Both the position numbers and the translations under genes were made by a program. This document shows, piece by piece, positions 49,281-61,480 of a stretch of DNA of 64,000 nucleotides. The notes beneath the pieces are model-generated. The model saw only the letters and a program-made list of their open reading frames with translations, made no database searches and had not been told where the DNA came from. The DNA lies in contig MU058000.1 of NCBI GenBank assembly GCA_013265495.1, positions 2,232,001 to 2,296,000 on the forward strand, written 5' to 3'. The DNA comes from Vicugna vicugna. Taxonomy: Eukaryota. The first letter of the stretch is position 1. Each line of letters starts with the position of its first letter.

Positions 49281-49757
49281 ATAACTGATTGGATTGGGGC
49301 AGCATCCAGGAGCTGCCACTCTGCCCCTAGGTGAATGTCCATCTATGACAAGTGGCTACCTGAAGACCACACAAGGTATGGGTGGGGAAGTCTGTATTCT
49401 TGGGATGGTGACCCAGGTACTAATGTCCATCCTCCTTTTCTCTTAGGTGAGGTGAGATAGACTTCAAAGAAATAGCTGCATTATAGAGAAACCAGCACTT
49501 ATGGGAAGTGCATGCGGGAGAACCTGGGAGCTTCCCAGACTTTGGCCCAGTTACCTTTCTTTCCCAGTTAGCCATCAGTCTACCAGGGTTGAGAATGCAG
49601 AGATAAGGCCAACTAAGTGCACTGCTGACATTTTTGAACCGAGCACAAGTGTCACAAAACTACCCTCATTTTCTGGGCGATAGTAGCAGCCTATGGATCT
49701 ATGCCCTTTTCCACATGCCTCCATGATGCCAACCACTTCACACCCATTTTACAGAAG

Positions 49758-50217
49758 TACTGGGTGAGACGGTCCTCCATGGGTTCCTTGAACTCCTACT
49801 TGTCTCTCCAGGTACGTCAAGAATGTCAGGCCTTCAATGCTCTCTAGCTGGGCCATTTCTCAGGGTTGTGTTTGTAGAGCACAATCTTGAAAGATGATGT
49901 AATATTCACATCAGGGACAGAGAGCAAGTTTGCCTATGGTTTGCTGTAAATAGTGGATTATGCAGAGTCAGAGTTCCTTGGCAGCAATGAAAGTTCGCTG
50001 CGTGTGTAGCATCTATCTGGCCCTTTTCACATCATGGCACTTGGGGGCAAGGAAAACAACACAAATATATTGATGTCATACTGTTTGTGGTGTTACAAAT
50101 AAAAAAGCCCTTTGTCTCTGACCCTAGAGTTTTGTGTCTTCTGACAGCAATTATGAAGTAGTGCAGGCTAATTTATTAGCTTAGAAAATGGGGTGAAATC
50201 AAATCCCAGACCCCACA
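49758..50217 (+). mobile_element. LTR40-type (ERVL) solo LTR
   Basis: 'gagacggtcctccatgggt.cct...caagaatg.caggcc...gggccatttctcagggttgtgtttg...aataaa..ccctttgtctctgaccc.agag'; TSD agaag/ggaag. Confidence 0.85.
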
Positions 50218-50219
50218 GG

Positions 50220-51065
50220 AAGTCTGCAGATGGAGTTCACATTTGGGCAAAGTGTGTTTGAGATGTTTAATTAAACATCTAAGTCAAGGTGTCTAGTGCC
50301 TATCGGGATACACAATTCTGAATTTCACAGAAGAGGTCTGGGGCTATGGGTAACTTTAGGAAGTCATCAAGATATACATGGTTTTTAAAGCTTTGGGCTG
50401 AATGAGTTCATCAGGGAGTAAATATAGTTAGATAAGAGTAATTAGAACTGAGACCTGAGACACTTCAATGTCGATAAACTAACAGGTGCCAATAAGTGTG
50501 ATGGAGTGTTAAGTGTTATTTTATTACCGTGTCAAGAAAACAACACTGACTTCTGAGAAAGAAGAGAAGAATATGCACTCTGGAGCATGACAGGCCTACC
50601 TTTCCATCTCATCTCATGTTTATTACTTTAGAAATATTGGATGTCTTTATTTCTTGAGCACACAGTTTTTCCTACCGCATGTCCTTGCCTCGTTCACATT
50701 TCTGGGCTTGGAATGCTCTTCTCATCTAACTTTTGATAACTCACTCCTTCTGACCTGTTAGACATCTGCTAAGATGTCATCTCTTCAGTGAGGGCTATTC
50801 CAACCACCTCAAACCTACTTATGTTTTATCACAATATCCATTCACTTCCTTCATGGAATGTATCACGTCTTATATATTTACTTATATGTTAACAATGTAT
50901 ATTATTTTATACATGTTTATACATTTACTTGTACACTAGCCCTGTCACACATCATACTTCTTGAGGGCATGGATGTCAATGGTCTTATTCTCTGCTACGT
51001 TCCCAACATCTGGTCTGGAATCTGGAATTTGGAAATAGCTCAGTAAGTATTTAGAGAATGAACCC
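50220..51065. mobile_element. L2 fragments (minus about 50220-50480, plus about 50690-51065)
   Basis: 'tttgagatgttta.tta.acatctaagt...gaggtctggggct...gaatgag.tcatcagggagt' and 'cttggaatgctctt...gatgtcatctcttcagtgagg...ctcagtaagtattt..gaatgaa'. Confidence 0.75.
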
Positions 51066-52539
51066 AAGTCTGTTGCATGCATTTGGGCTTCTTAATTTAT
51101 CTGAGCTTCCACTCACTCCTCTGTAGAATTTTATCAGTTTTATAGTTGTTGTGACGATTAATTAACCTTGTTTATCTATGCTGTCTGAAACATTAGTAGG
51201 CCCTCAGTAAATGAAAAATTAAATGCTTAGTATTGGAGGACCAGATAGGAAAAATACACTGGAAAATATCATTTACTCAAAGGTAGAATTCTTTCTGCTC
51301 AGGAAGAGAAACAAATGGGTTAGACTCGTCTATGAGTGAGTAAAGAGCACAGATAGAAAAAAGGCTAATATTGAAGATTGAAACTTCAAAGGCTGGGAGA
51401 TTGGAAAACATCCAAAATGAAGCTAAAGAAACTAGTACCAAAATGAGTAAAGATCTAAGCAACAAAATAAAAAGAACATTGTACAAGAAGTGTCCATAAA
51501 TTTAAGGAGTATTTCTGGTTCAGAGGGAGCAAGGGGAGAAGACAGGCAGTGAGGGATGACAAAGATTCTCCTTCGACAGAAGCGGCTGAACAGTCCTAAA
51601 ATCAAAGATAATACTTTCTCTTCAGAATAATAAAAGAGAGTAATGGAGAAGAGATGCAGAAAACACAGGTACAGCTTCCAGATGAAGTGTTAGGCATTGA
51701 TTTTGAAATCTATCAGTCTTGGGTCTAAATAACTGACTACAAATTAAACATTACGTGACCTTGACTGAACTGTCAGAAAACTATAACGTATAAGAAAGAA
51801 GTCAAAATGCCATAGTTACTATTTTAGGAGAGTCATCTTTAAAAATATATAGTAATATGGTCAGCTTTTTTTCCTGAAATAGTGCTTAGGATGTAATTAT
51901 ATTAACATACATAAATATGGGCTTTGTGTATATGTGTATATGCATAAATATATAATTTAAGGAATAAAATAAGAAATATAAACCCAAAGACTATTTCTAA
52001 AAGAATAACAAGGTTCATGTACACATATTAAACACAAAGTAAATATTTAGGTCTACTTGTTATAATTCGTGGTAACATTTTGCTTATTACAAACTATTCT
52101 TTGCATGAATGCTATATATAGATATAGATATATATCCAGAGCCCCCTTGAGGACAAGAGTGCCTGGCTCAAGCTGAAATTCTGGGATCTTGAATTGGGCT
52201 TTACAGTGAGCAAGAATCGGTCCTCAAATGACAGAGTATAAAAGAGAAGTTTATTGGAAAAATTGTATCATGGATTGAAACTTATATATCATAGGAGGTT
52301 TCAGAACCAAGGGTCTCGGTCGAGGGGTAGAATCCAGGCGAAAAGAAGCACAGTGGAAATGGTGTGAGAGGAAAGAGAATGAAATCAAGAAGGTAGAGCC
52401 TAAAAAATAGTTTTTAGCCATCAAAGGATTACACGGTCAGTTCTGGATAAGGAGGGAGTTGTTACGAGTGACGTGGTGGCTGAGGAAATAACTATGGATA
52501 CTTGGCAATGACGTCAGTTGCCAAGTTTGCTTTGACCTA

Positions 52540-52895
52540 TGCTATGGGTTTGTGTCCTCAGAAAACGTATATATTGAAACTTTAATACCCCATGTGATGG
52601 TATATGGCGATAGAGTTTTGGGGAAGTCAGGTGATGAGGGTGGGACCTCATGACAAGATCAGTTCCCTTATAAGAAGAGACAAGAGGGAGCACACATCCT
52701 CTCTCCTTTCTCCTCATTATGCAAAGACACAAGACGGTGACCACCTGCAGACCAGGAGTAGGGCTCTCACCAGGAACCAAATCAACCAGCACCTTGATCT
52801 CGGACTTCCCAGTCTCCCAAACCAGGAGAAATTAATTTCTGTTGTTCAAACCATCCAGTCTATGGTATTTTGCTATAGCGACCTGAGCTGATACA
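52540..52895 (+). mobile_element. MLT1A-type (MaLR) solo LTR, apparently nested in an older LTR-like segment (about 52150-53050)
   Basis: 'tgctatgg.tttgtgtcc.cagaaa..tattgaaac.taatacccca.tgtgatggta...ctcaccaggaacc.aatc.accagcaccttgatctcggacttcccag...ctatggtattttgctatagc...ctgataca'. Confidence 0.92.
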
Positions 52896-53257
52896 GGCAG
52901 CTTGCTACTCCAATGAAAGAAGGTGAAGATCTTTTAAGCAGATGCTTCAGATTAGTGTAATCTGAAGGAACTCATTCTCAAGTAATATCAGGTCCCTAAG
53001 ATTCCTAGCATCAGCTCCCTCAGGCTACTGGCCTTGTAGGCATCAAAGAATAACTTTTGATATGTGTCTCATTTGAAAGGAAAACTGTTGTGCCACACTG
53101 ACATTCTTCCTCCCATTTCCAGATAATAACTTGCTAGTAATAGCGTTGTGAGATTTGCAATAGAATTCTGAGACAGCTTCAGTAGAGATTTAATAAAACC
53201 CTGGTGCTGACCTACATCACTCACATGCTGTTTCTTACAATAATAAGGTCCCAGATC

Positions 53258-53400
53258 AGGGGTTGCTAAACTTTGACCAGTAAAGCAAATTTTCAATATA
53301 AAGTTTTATTGGATTTTAAATGCAACCTTTCCCATTCTTTTCTTTATAGTCTTTGGCTGTTTTGGAGATGTTGATGTATTATCATTGGATACATTTTCCA
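53258..53400 (+). mobile_element. hAT-Charlie MITE fragment (MER58-like)
   Basis: 'caggggttgctaaacttt...aaagttttattgga...cccattc..ttatagtctttggctgtttt'. Confidence 0.55.
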
Positions 53401-53759
53401 CTGTGGGAACCCAGTGTTCAGTTGCACCACATGTGATGGGACAGCCTCAAAAAAAAGCTTCTATAAGATTTCCTTTCCAAACTTCATGATGCCGCTTCCT
53501 GCATCTCACAAATAAACACATACATACATACTTTCTCAATTTATCTGGGATGTTTTCAGATATTTGAAGAAAAACCAACATACTACTCACAGGCACAAGG
53601 TTAGTAATTTTGCCTTCTGAAGTCTCGGCTTTAGTAGATTCTGATTGTTTGAAGAATCTTCTAGAAACTACGATGTTGTTTTCACACAGAGACACAGAGA
53701 ATTCTTTGGTTCGTCATCACTATTCTTCATCCAAAATGTGGAAATAGTTTTTTGTTCCC

Positions 53760-54250
53760 CCATCACTAGTTGTCCTCCATGCTTGCATTCCATCTTCTTC
53801 TCCAGCTATTCACCTCTTTGAAACATTATGATCGCAAACTCCTCATCCCCTGCAGGATAAAGTCTAAATTGCTTAATTAGGCATTAAGGGCTTTGCATTG
53901 TGTGACCCTAATTCATCTGTCCTGGTTTGTCCTTCACCACCTTTGTATACTCACACTTTGCTCTTGCCACGCATCATGGAAACTCCCTCACGCCTCCAAG
54001 ATTTTGCACCTTCTGTTCTTTATGCTCCAAGGAACTTGTGCATCTCCATATATACAGTGCTATTCATCATTCATTTCTTTAATCCCTCCCATTCATCAAG
54101 TATTTATTGACCACCTGCTCTGTTTCTGGTTCTATGAAAAGCCTGGTGGGGGGGATCAATAGATATGCATGGTCTCAAGGAATTAATAATCCATGGGAGA
54201 CGTCAACCACATAAACATTTAATTGCAATGCAGTATCATAATTATTGTTA
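53760..54250. mobile_element. L2 fragments in both orientations
   Basis: 'caggataaagtctaaatt.cttaa..aggcattaaggg.ttt.ca' (+) and 'cattcatcaagtatttattgaccacctgctctgt' (-). Confidence 0.7.
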
Positions 54251-55169
54251 AGAAAAACATACATTATTTGAAAGCAAAAGAAACATACATGTTATAATAT
54301 TTTTGTAAGAAATAGCCTTATTCAGAATGCAAAAAGGGCCTGGATCCCATCAAAAGTGGCACAGAGATAATTGACATTACTCAGAGTTGTCCACATCCAT
54401 CAGTCTGATTCTCTTTGAATTCCTACAATTATTTCCTATCCTACATTTATAGCTAACTAATAGATGCAATCTGAATATTCGCTAGCACCTCACAAATTGG
54501 TAGCTTCATATATGAACTCATCATCATATCCGCCATACATAGGTTTTTTGGGTAAGGGTTTTTTTTTTTTCCTGAACTTCCTATGTGTAAAGTCACAAGC
54601 ATCTTCTGAGTCTTGTAAACATACACACATACACAGACGCATGTGTGCTCGTGCAACTTAACATTTCACGTAACTCTGAGAACCTAGGCTAGTCTGTTAT
54701 CTTCATTCACACATTTCTATTATTTTCACAATGTTGATCACCATAGGATTAGGTACCACATAAAAATAATAATTTAAATTTAATCTCTACCCCTCTCTAT
54801 CCTACAAGACCACAGCTGTTTATAGCTACGTGAAGAATGATCCAGTGTACTAGTACATAACCTAGTCTCTGGTAAAGAGTAAATAACCAATAAATCATTA
54901 TTTGATGAGTAAAAAGACATTGATTTTCATGTCTAATGATCTTCTTAGATTTGTTGAAATTATTTCAATACCAACCTTGCATTGATACATTTTGCCCTGA
55001 TTTTTGTAAATTTAAATCACTAGTCTTCCACTTCTGACCTATTTGATACAGAGAAGTCAAATTACATCAGTTGAACTACTGTTCAAATTTACTTTACTAA
55101 CTCAAAAATGTGCAATAATTTCACATTAACAAAAGAATAATATCTAATCTTTTTAAACTAGTAATCAAA

Positions 55170-55567
55170 TCCTTAAATATTTTTTTTTCCTGGAATCTAT
55201 ACAGCATTTTCCAACTGGCCTTAAAGTTAGGTGTGTACGTATAACTGAGTGCTGTAAATGGGAAATGAAACCATATCAATGTGCCTTACTTCCAGGACTT
55301 GTCTATGAGCAACTTCAACACACGATTCTCCACAACCTTCCCTTGTCTCTTGGCTGGATGTCAAAAGGCAGGACAATTTTTGAAACTTTATATTAAAGAT
55401 GGCATCAGTCTATATGATTGAATGGGTCGAGCAGACAAACTCCCTACACATTCAACACATCTATCAGTTATATTTTACATGATCAGAAGTACATTTCTAT
55501 TTGGTAAAGTCCTTGAGATGTTAAGGTTTACTAATTACATCGTGTAGTATTGCTTAGCTCATATACA
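55170..55567 (+). mobile_element. MLT1J-like (MaLR) solo LTR
   Basis: 'cattttcca..tggcctt.aagttaggtgtg..cgtataactgag', 'aagatggca', terminal 'aagt.cttgagatgt.aaggttta.t..ttaca...taca'. Confidence 0.65.
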
Positions 55568-56139
55568 TTTACTTAATGTTAATAATCTTTTGAAAGTTTC
55601 CTCAAGTCAAAGTGATTTTTACCATTTTCTCTTTACACACATAAAAGACATACCTGGTAATATGTGTAAGGCACATCTAACAGAAGCGAGGCCTTATAGA
55701 ACTAACGTCACGTTATCCCTGGCTGAAGTCACAAGAGCTAATAGTAAATCATGGCTGCAACTGAGTCAAATCCATTCTTTCTCCCAAACTGGGACAGAGA
55801 ATAACTGAATTCAAGGTGAACGGGGATGGAGGCACCGTTTGAGACAGTCATAATGGACCAAGTATCAGAATAGCAGAGAACACCTATGTCTCTTCAGAGG
55901 GAATCAATTAAAAAATAACACACAGAGAATCAGAGATGAGCACTCGTTTTCCCTTAGATAGACAGTTATATTGGGGTGTCAGCCTAGTTCAGTGCAAAGC
56001 CCTCTTTCTCAGCCTCTACTCTTCCAATGAAGAAGAAAGAGGTAAAAAATAATCAACGCTGAGGAGCAGTGGTGAGGTGCTGCAGTAAGATGTCCCAGAG
56101 ACTGACAGGCGTTCTAGTTTGGGAAAGTGGTGATAAGGA

Positions 56140-56680
56140 TGTAGGGGAGGAAAAAAAATTTTCCTTCCACTCTTCTGAATTTTTATATGAGACCCCTGAA
56201 ATGAAAGATTAACGAGAGAAAAACAAACAGAAGTTTATTAACATGTATGTCTCATGTATACGTGGGAGATAGCCAGGGGAAATGAGTAACTCCCTGAGGT
56301 GGCTTAGTATTCAGAATTAAAAACCATCTTAATAGGGCAAGGAAGAAGGGGATTATAGATCTCTTGGGGGGCAGAAAATGATTTTTAGGAGCAATGAAGA
56401 AGAGATGGCCTCAGATGCCCTTAGAAGAATGGGTGAGAGGTACGGTAGTTTGCGAGTGTGTCTGGATGTGGTGTCAAATTCTAGTATCTTCTGTGATGAG
56501 TCAATCTTCTGTGGTTGATGAAACTTCCAGGGCAGGGATTTATAACAACTGAGTTCCTTTTGAAGGATCTGCCTTTAGGAGTTCAGAGAAAACCCCTCTT
56601 TACATTTGCTGTTTTTCAAGTGCCTACAACTCAAAATAATTAATATTCCCAGGCAACATAGCCTATTCTGCTACCCTACA
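56140..56680 (-). mobile_element. ERV1-type solo LTR (MER34/MER39-like)
   Basis: Terminal inverted repeat tgtaggg...ccctaca; antisense polyA 'gaagtttattaacatg'; 'tttttcaagtgcct.caactcaaaataat.aatat'; 4-bp TSD agga/ggga. Confidence 0.88.
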
Positions 56681-56756
56681 GGGACATGCTCAGATGGCCG
56701 AGAGGTGTGGCCACACAGAATATCAGTGATTTAGGATAGTGTTTAGTGTGACTTAC

Positions 56757-56771
56757 CTTGGATGCTACGTC
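56757..56771 (-). other. Candidate 15-nt micro-exon
   Basis: Minus strand: ttcctttgtcattttaattccttccag|gacgtagcatccaag|gtaagt; consensus donor and good acceptor; frame-preserving. Confidence 0.3.
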
Positions 56772-58599
56772 CTGGAAGGAATTAAAATGACAAAGGAATT
56801 TGAGGAGAGAAACCCAGGTGATACACACCACAGGCAGAATTGGAGAAACACGGTCTGCGCTCAACCTACTGTCTCATCACCAAACACTGTCGATGAGCTG
56901 AAAGCATTTTTTGTTATAAACTTGATTAAAACATATTAAGTAGGAAAATGTGTTTCTGCCCAATATGTCAATACTTAATGCCACCTGCTCCTTCCTTCTC
57001 AAGAAATCTCATGCTTAATAATTGGAAAGAGGCTCATATTAATAAGAGGAATCAAGCAATCTCAGAGATGGTGGACTTTCCTATTCAGAGCTATTTCAAC
57101 ATTACCATCTGGAATCCCACTCTTGGCTTTTGTTTTATTTCTGCTTCATTATGTCCAGGCTTTGAGAAGCTTATATCCCCTCGACAGATTGCAGCCAAAC
57201 CCAACTTCAATTTAGGACTGTAGCACATTCATGCTGGCTCCATGCTCTTTTCCTTTTAAACAATTTCTCCATACCTTTTGGAGGGGACTATTGCTTTTTT
57301 TCTTCTTCTTCTTCTTTTTTTTAAAGAGGGAAGTAAATTCCTGAAACCCTGAGTCTAATTGCTGGTTGTAAAGTAACTATGGCTTGCTTCTCTTTCCACA
57401 GCTAGAGAGACTGGCCAAATGCATCATGCAGCCAGCCAGGAGAGGGCTTGGGCAGTGGGAAGATGGGTTGTACCTGACCCCAAAGTTGCAGGAACCCAGC
57501 CACGGCCATACAGCTTTTGGACCAAGCAAACATCAGTACAGAGAGGCTTTTCTGCTGAGATGGCATTCTTGCAAACCAAATGGGCTCAGGTTCCCTTGAA
57601 AGTAATGGGGTCATTGAGAAGCCAGAAAAATAAAGGCTTTTAATGGAGTAAAAGTTACAAATGCTGTATGGCATATGGAATAAATTGTGAAGAAGTAATC
57701 ATGAGACTTGAGGCCATAGATTTAATAAGACTCCATTTGCACCACACATACAAACAGAATTAGAAATAAACCCTGTATGATGGCTTGGGCAAAGAAGCCC
57801 AAGAACACCTATGATATATATACTTTTATTTATTTGGGTTTTTTTAAAGGAAAAATAAATGGTATTCTATGCACTTACGTCAACTCTTGCAAACAAATGC
57901 ATGTCATAAAATAAGCATAATGCTTGAGGGATAATTTTTAAGATTTTCTTCTTCCTCTCTTTTAAACAATTCACCTATCATATGATACTATATTTAGAAG
58001 TTTTGCTTTATCATCAAGAAAACTCATGCCTTCATAACTCAATATAATTTTTTGTATCTTTTTCCAGCATTGGAGCTGAGGAGAGCTAACAACATCTGAG
58101 AGCTGAAATTTTTCTCTGTGAATTTAATTTAATTTTATGTTTCACTCAGCATGGTGCATATATAGAATGATCCATTTAGCTTTCGGCTTCTCAAATATTT
58201 TCTCCATATTCTTGCGTTTGGGTATCTTAAACTATGGGAAAAGGCTTAAGTGTAATACTACTTGAGCTTCTTTTCAATGCAGAAAAGTAATGGTGGTGGG
58301 GTGTCCCCTATTAACCGCCAACTTAGGAACGAAATAGCAGCTTTAAATCTGAATTTGCTGATATGTTCAATTTTCCACTTATACAAAATAAAATGGAATT
58401 TAATATAAAACTGATTACTCGAAGAATACCTTTGAAAGCTCCATAGTTCATGCTCCAAGCCGTAAAAACTAATGCAGTTTGAAATTAAATTATTTTACTC
58501 TCCATTGGTGGCAATTATATTAATGACTGAAACAAACAGTTTTTGTTATTGTTAGTGTGAAGGGTTTACCCATTCTCCTTTTCCAACTCTGAATCACGT

Positions 58600-60450
58600 T
58601 ATTTCAGGATTTGAGTCATATTTTTAAAAAAATTCAAATAAGATTTTGCACATGAAATTCATATATATTTTATACTTTTACATTATAGAGACATTAATGA
58701 ACTTCTGTGTATATACTTTCCTTTTAAGCTGCCCCTGTGCTTACTCTAATCACATTGCCCTGGGCTCTTTTCCAGGACTAACCACTATCCTGAATATTAT
58801 GTTTATAATTGTTTCCTATTTTATAAATTATAATTTTACTACACTTGTATGTAGTCTTAACCAACACATCACATAATTACTTTTATTTTAAAAGTTCATA
58901 GAAGTGTTGTCATATTGTAGGTAGTGGTCTGTAATCGGCTTGACTTGCCCACCGTTTTGTTATGACCCATTCAGTTTTTTGCGTATAGTTGTGACTTGTT
59001 TATTTTCACTGCTGTGTACATTGCTTTGGGTGACTATGCTGTAATTTATTTATCCGTTGTCTTGATGATTAACATTTGTGCTGTTTTCAGCTTTGTTTGA
59101 TCTTGGTACTAAGATATATTGTATTTTACATGTCTCTTGGTTCCAAACTTTTCTGATAGTGACCCATAACTAGAAAAATTTCACCATATGGCCAGGAAAA
59201 TGTTGTGAAGAACTGTGCAGAGTGTGGGATACTCCCCTCCTCGCAAGCTAATAAACTTGCCTGTTACTATTTCATGGATACTGACTGAAGACATGAAATC
59301 TTCAAGTCAGAGACAAAAGACCTCATGACTCGCAGCAGAGTAGCAGCCAGAGCCTCACATTGGCTAGCATCAGTTTCCCACGCCCCCAAGTCCCACAGGT
59401 GCAACATACAGGGCTCCGGATGGACGCCTGAATGTGCTGTGAGCTCTGTTAAGGACAGAAATGCTGGGTCTGGTCAATCTTCTGCTTATAGAGCAAGTCT
59501 GCATTTTGTCTGGGGAGAGACATTACCTCATCCCTCAAAGCTGTTCACTGCAAACACAGCCGTGAATTCTGGGCAAAGTACCTGGGCAAAGAGTTGGCAG
59601 AGCTTCATACTCTTGGCATCCCCAGCAGGAATGTGCGAGTCAGCCCGGGCTCATGGTGGATTGCCTCTCCCAACAAACACGTGCATAACCGACCCCCTTA
59701 TTCCTAACACATTAGGTGAATATTGTTTTTTTTTTTCTTTACTATTCTATTTCATTTTCAAAAACCTGTGTATGACCCAACAAAATGATGGCACAACCTA
59801 ATACTTAGCAACCCTCAATAAAATAAATAAATAAATAAAAATCAATATATTAAGTCATATATCTGAGATTGTAATTGCTGAATTATATTCAGCCCTAAAA
59901 TATAATGTGAGCTGTTTTATAAAATAATTTGTCACTTTTTATCACTCTTTTTTTCATAAGCAATGTATGACTATTCTCCTGGTATGTATCTTCATCATCA
60001 CTTGGTTTTGTTAGACGTTTTATGTTTTTATAAGCTAAAGATGCAAAATTATATCTGATTTTTTGTACTTTGCATGTGAATTATTATTCAGTAATGATAA
60101 ATATTAATGATTAATAAGCTTTGTCTTAGATGTGTAGGTCATTTGTGTTTCCTTTTTTGCCAAACAACCAGTCACGACTTCAGCCCATTTTTAAACTGAG
60201 ATATTTGTTCCTTTTAAATTGATACATGAATTATTTACATTTGTCAGTGTTGCACTGTGCCAATATCTTCTCACTGTTTGGGGTTCAATTTTTCAGTCAG
60301 TTTCTCGTGGTTTTTATAAATGGCATTTCTATTAATGTTTTCATGTTTTCAATTTTGAATTTATATTTGTAATTTTTGTCATGTATAAGAAATCATTCTA
60401 GACCATTAATCATAAAGACATTCTCCTAAATTTCCTTCAAAACATTTAAA
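58600..60450 (-). mobile_element. Old L1 (L1ME-like) 3' region, antisense, interrupted by a Charlie4-like MITE and an LTR
   Basis: 'taaccactatcctgaat', 'ttattttcactgctgtgta..attg...taatttatttatcc', 'gtcatttgtgtttcctttt.tg..aa...cagcccattttt'. Confidence 0.75.
59204..59675 (-). mobile_element. LTR40-type (ERVL) solo LTR
   Basis: 'tgtgaagaactgtg...gcaagctaataa..ttgcctg..atttcatggata.tg..gaagaca.ga...gtcagagacaaa.gac' to 'atggtggattgcctctcccaaca'; reverse-complement similarity to 49758-50217. Confidence 0.85.
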
Positions 60451-61480
60451 TGCCTCTAGTATCTAATTCTCAATATATCTATACTGATAAAATCATCGAA
60501 CTGAACCAAATACCTAAGAAAAACTGTCACGGAAGAAGAGAGAAGCATATAGAGAATAATTATAAAACATTATTGAGCGGGCATCAATGTGACCTAAATA
60601 AACAGATAAATAAATGTTCATGCAATAAAAGACTTAGTGTGGAAAGAAGACAATTATCTCCAAATTCATCTCAAGTTCCAAGATAAATCCCAACGGGAAC
60701 TTTTTTGACAATTACAAACTTTATGAATATGAAGTTTAATATGAATTAAAATTCACATAAACATTCAAAGGGCCAAAAATAGCCAATGCAATCTTGAAGA
60801 AAGTGACTATAATAGGACTAGGACTCCCAGGTATCAAAACTGATTTGAAAGCTACTGTAATTAAAGGAGCGTGTTACTGGTGCACAAAAATCACCCGAGA
60901 GAATTAGAGTTTAGAAACAGGCCCAGACATATTTAGATACTTGATTAATGATAACAGTGACACAACAGAAAGGTGAGAAAATGAGTCATTTCAGTAAATT
61001 GCTTTTCATCAACTGGACATAAAAAAGAAGATTTTGATCTACTTACAGTATAAACAATAATTATTTCAGGTGGACTTTAGATTCTAATGTAAAATTAAAA
61101 TAAATTTTTCAGAGAATAAGGTGGAGAGTATCTCCATTGCAGTAGGGTGTACAAAGATGAAACAAGATGCAAAAAATTCTCTAATTGTTAAAAAAAATTG
61201 ACAAGTATTATACGGGAATCAAGAAACTGTGTTTCTCAATTTACTCTACACCTTGAAGGGAAGTGAAAAGGCCAGCCATGGAGTGGGACACTAGCAATAC
61301 ATACGACTGAGAAACATTTGTTTCCAGAATATATAAAAAATAATTCCAATACAGTAGTAAAGAAAGGAAAGAAAACTCAATGAAAAAAATGGCCAAAAGA
61401 CTTGAACAGGAACTTCATAAATGAGGATATTCAAATGGACTTGATACTTATTACTCATCCAGGAATTTCAAATTGAAACT
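60450..61480 (+). mobile_element. Old L1 ORF2 3' fragment
   Basis: 'aaatacctaagaa', 'ggccaaaaatagccaa.gcaatcttgaagaa', 'aaagctactgtaattaaa..agcgtg.tactggtgcac', 'aaatggccaaaagacttgaacagg.acttcat'. Confidence 0.8.

Noticed and set aside
59325..59801. Longest ORF in the track (158 aa)
   Set aside because: Lies antisense within an LTR40-type LTR and runs into a MITE remnant; no recognisable protein motif
59830..61480. Inverted L1 junction as a twin-priming event
   Set aside because: The minus and plus fragments appear to cover overlapping parts of L1 ORF2 and are highly diverged, which fits two separate old insertions
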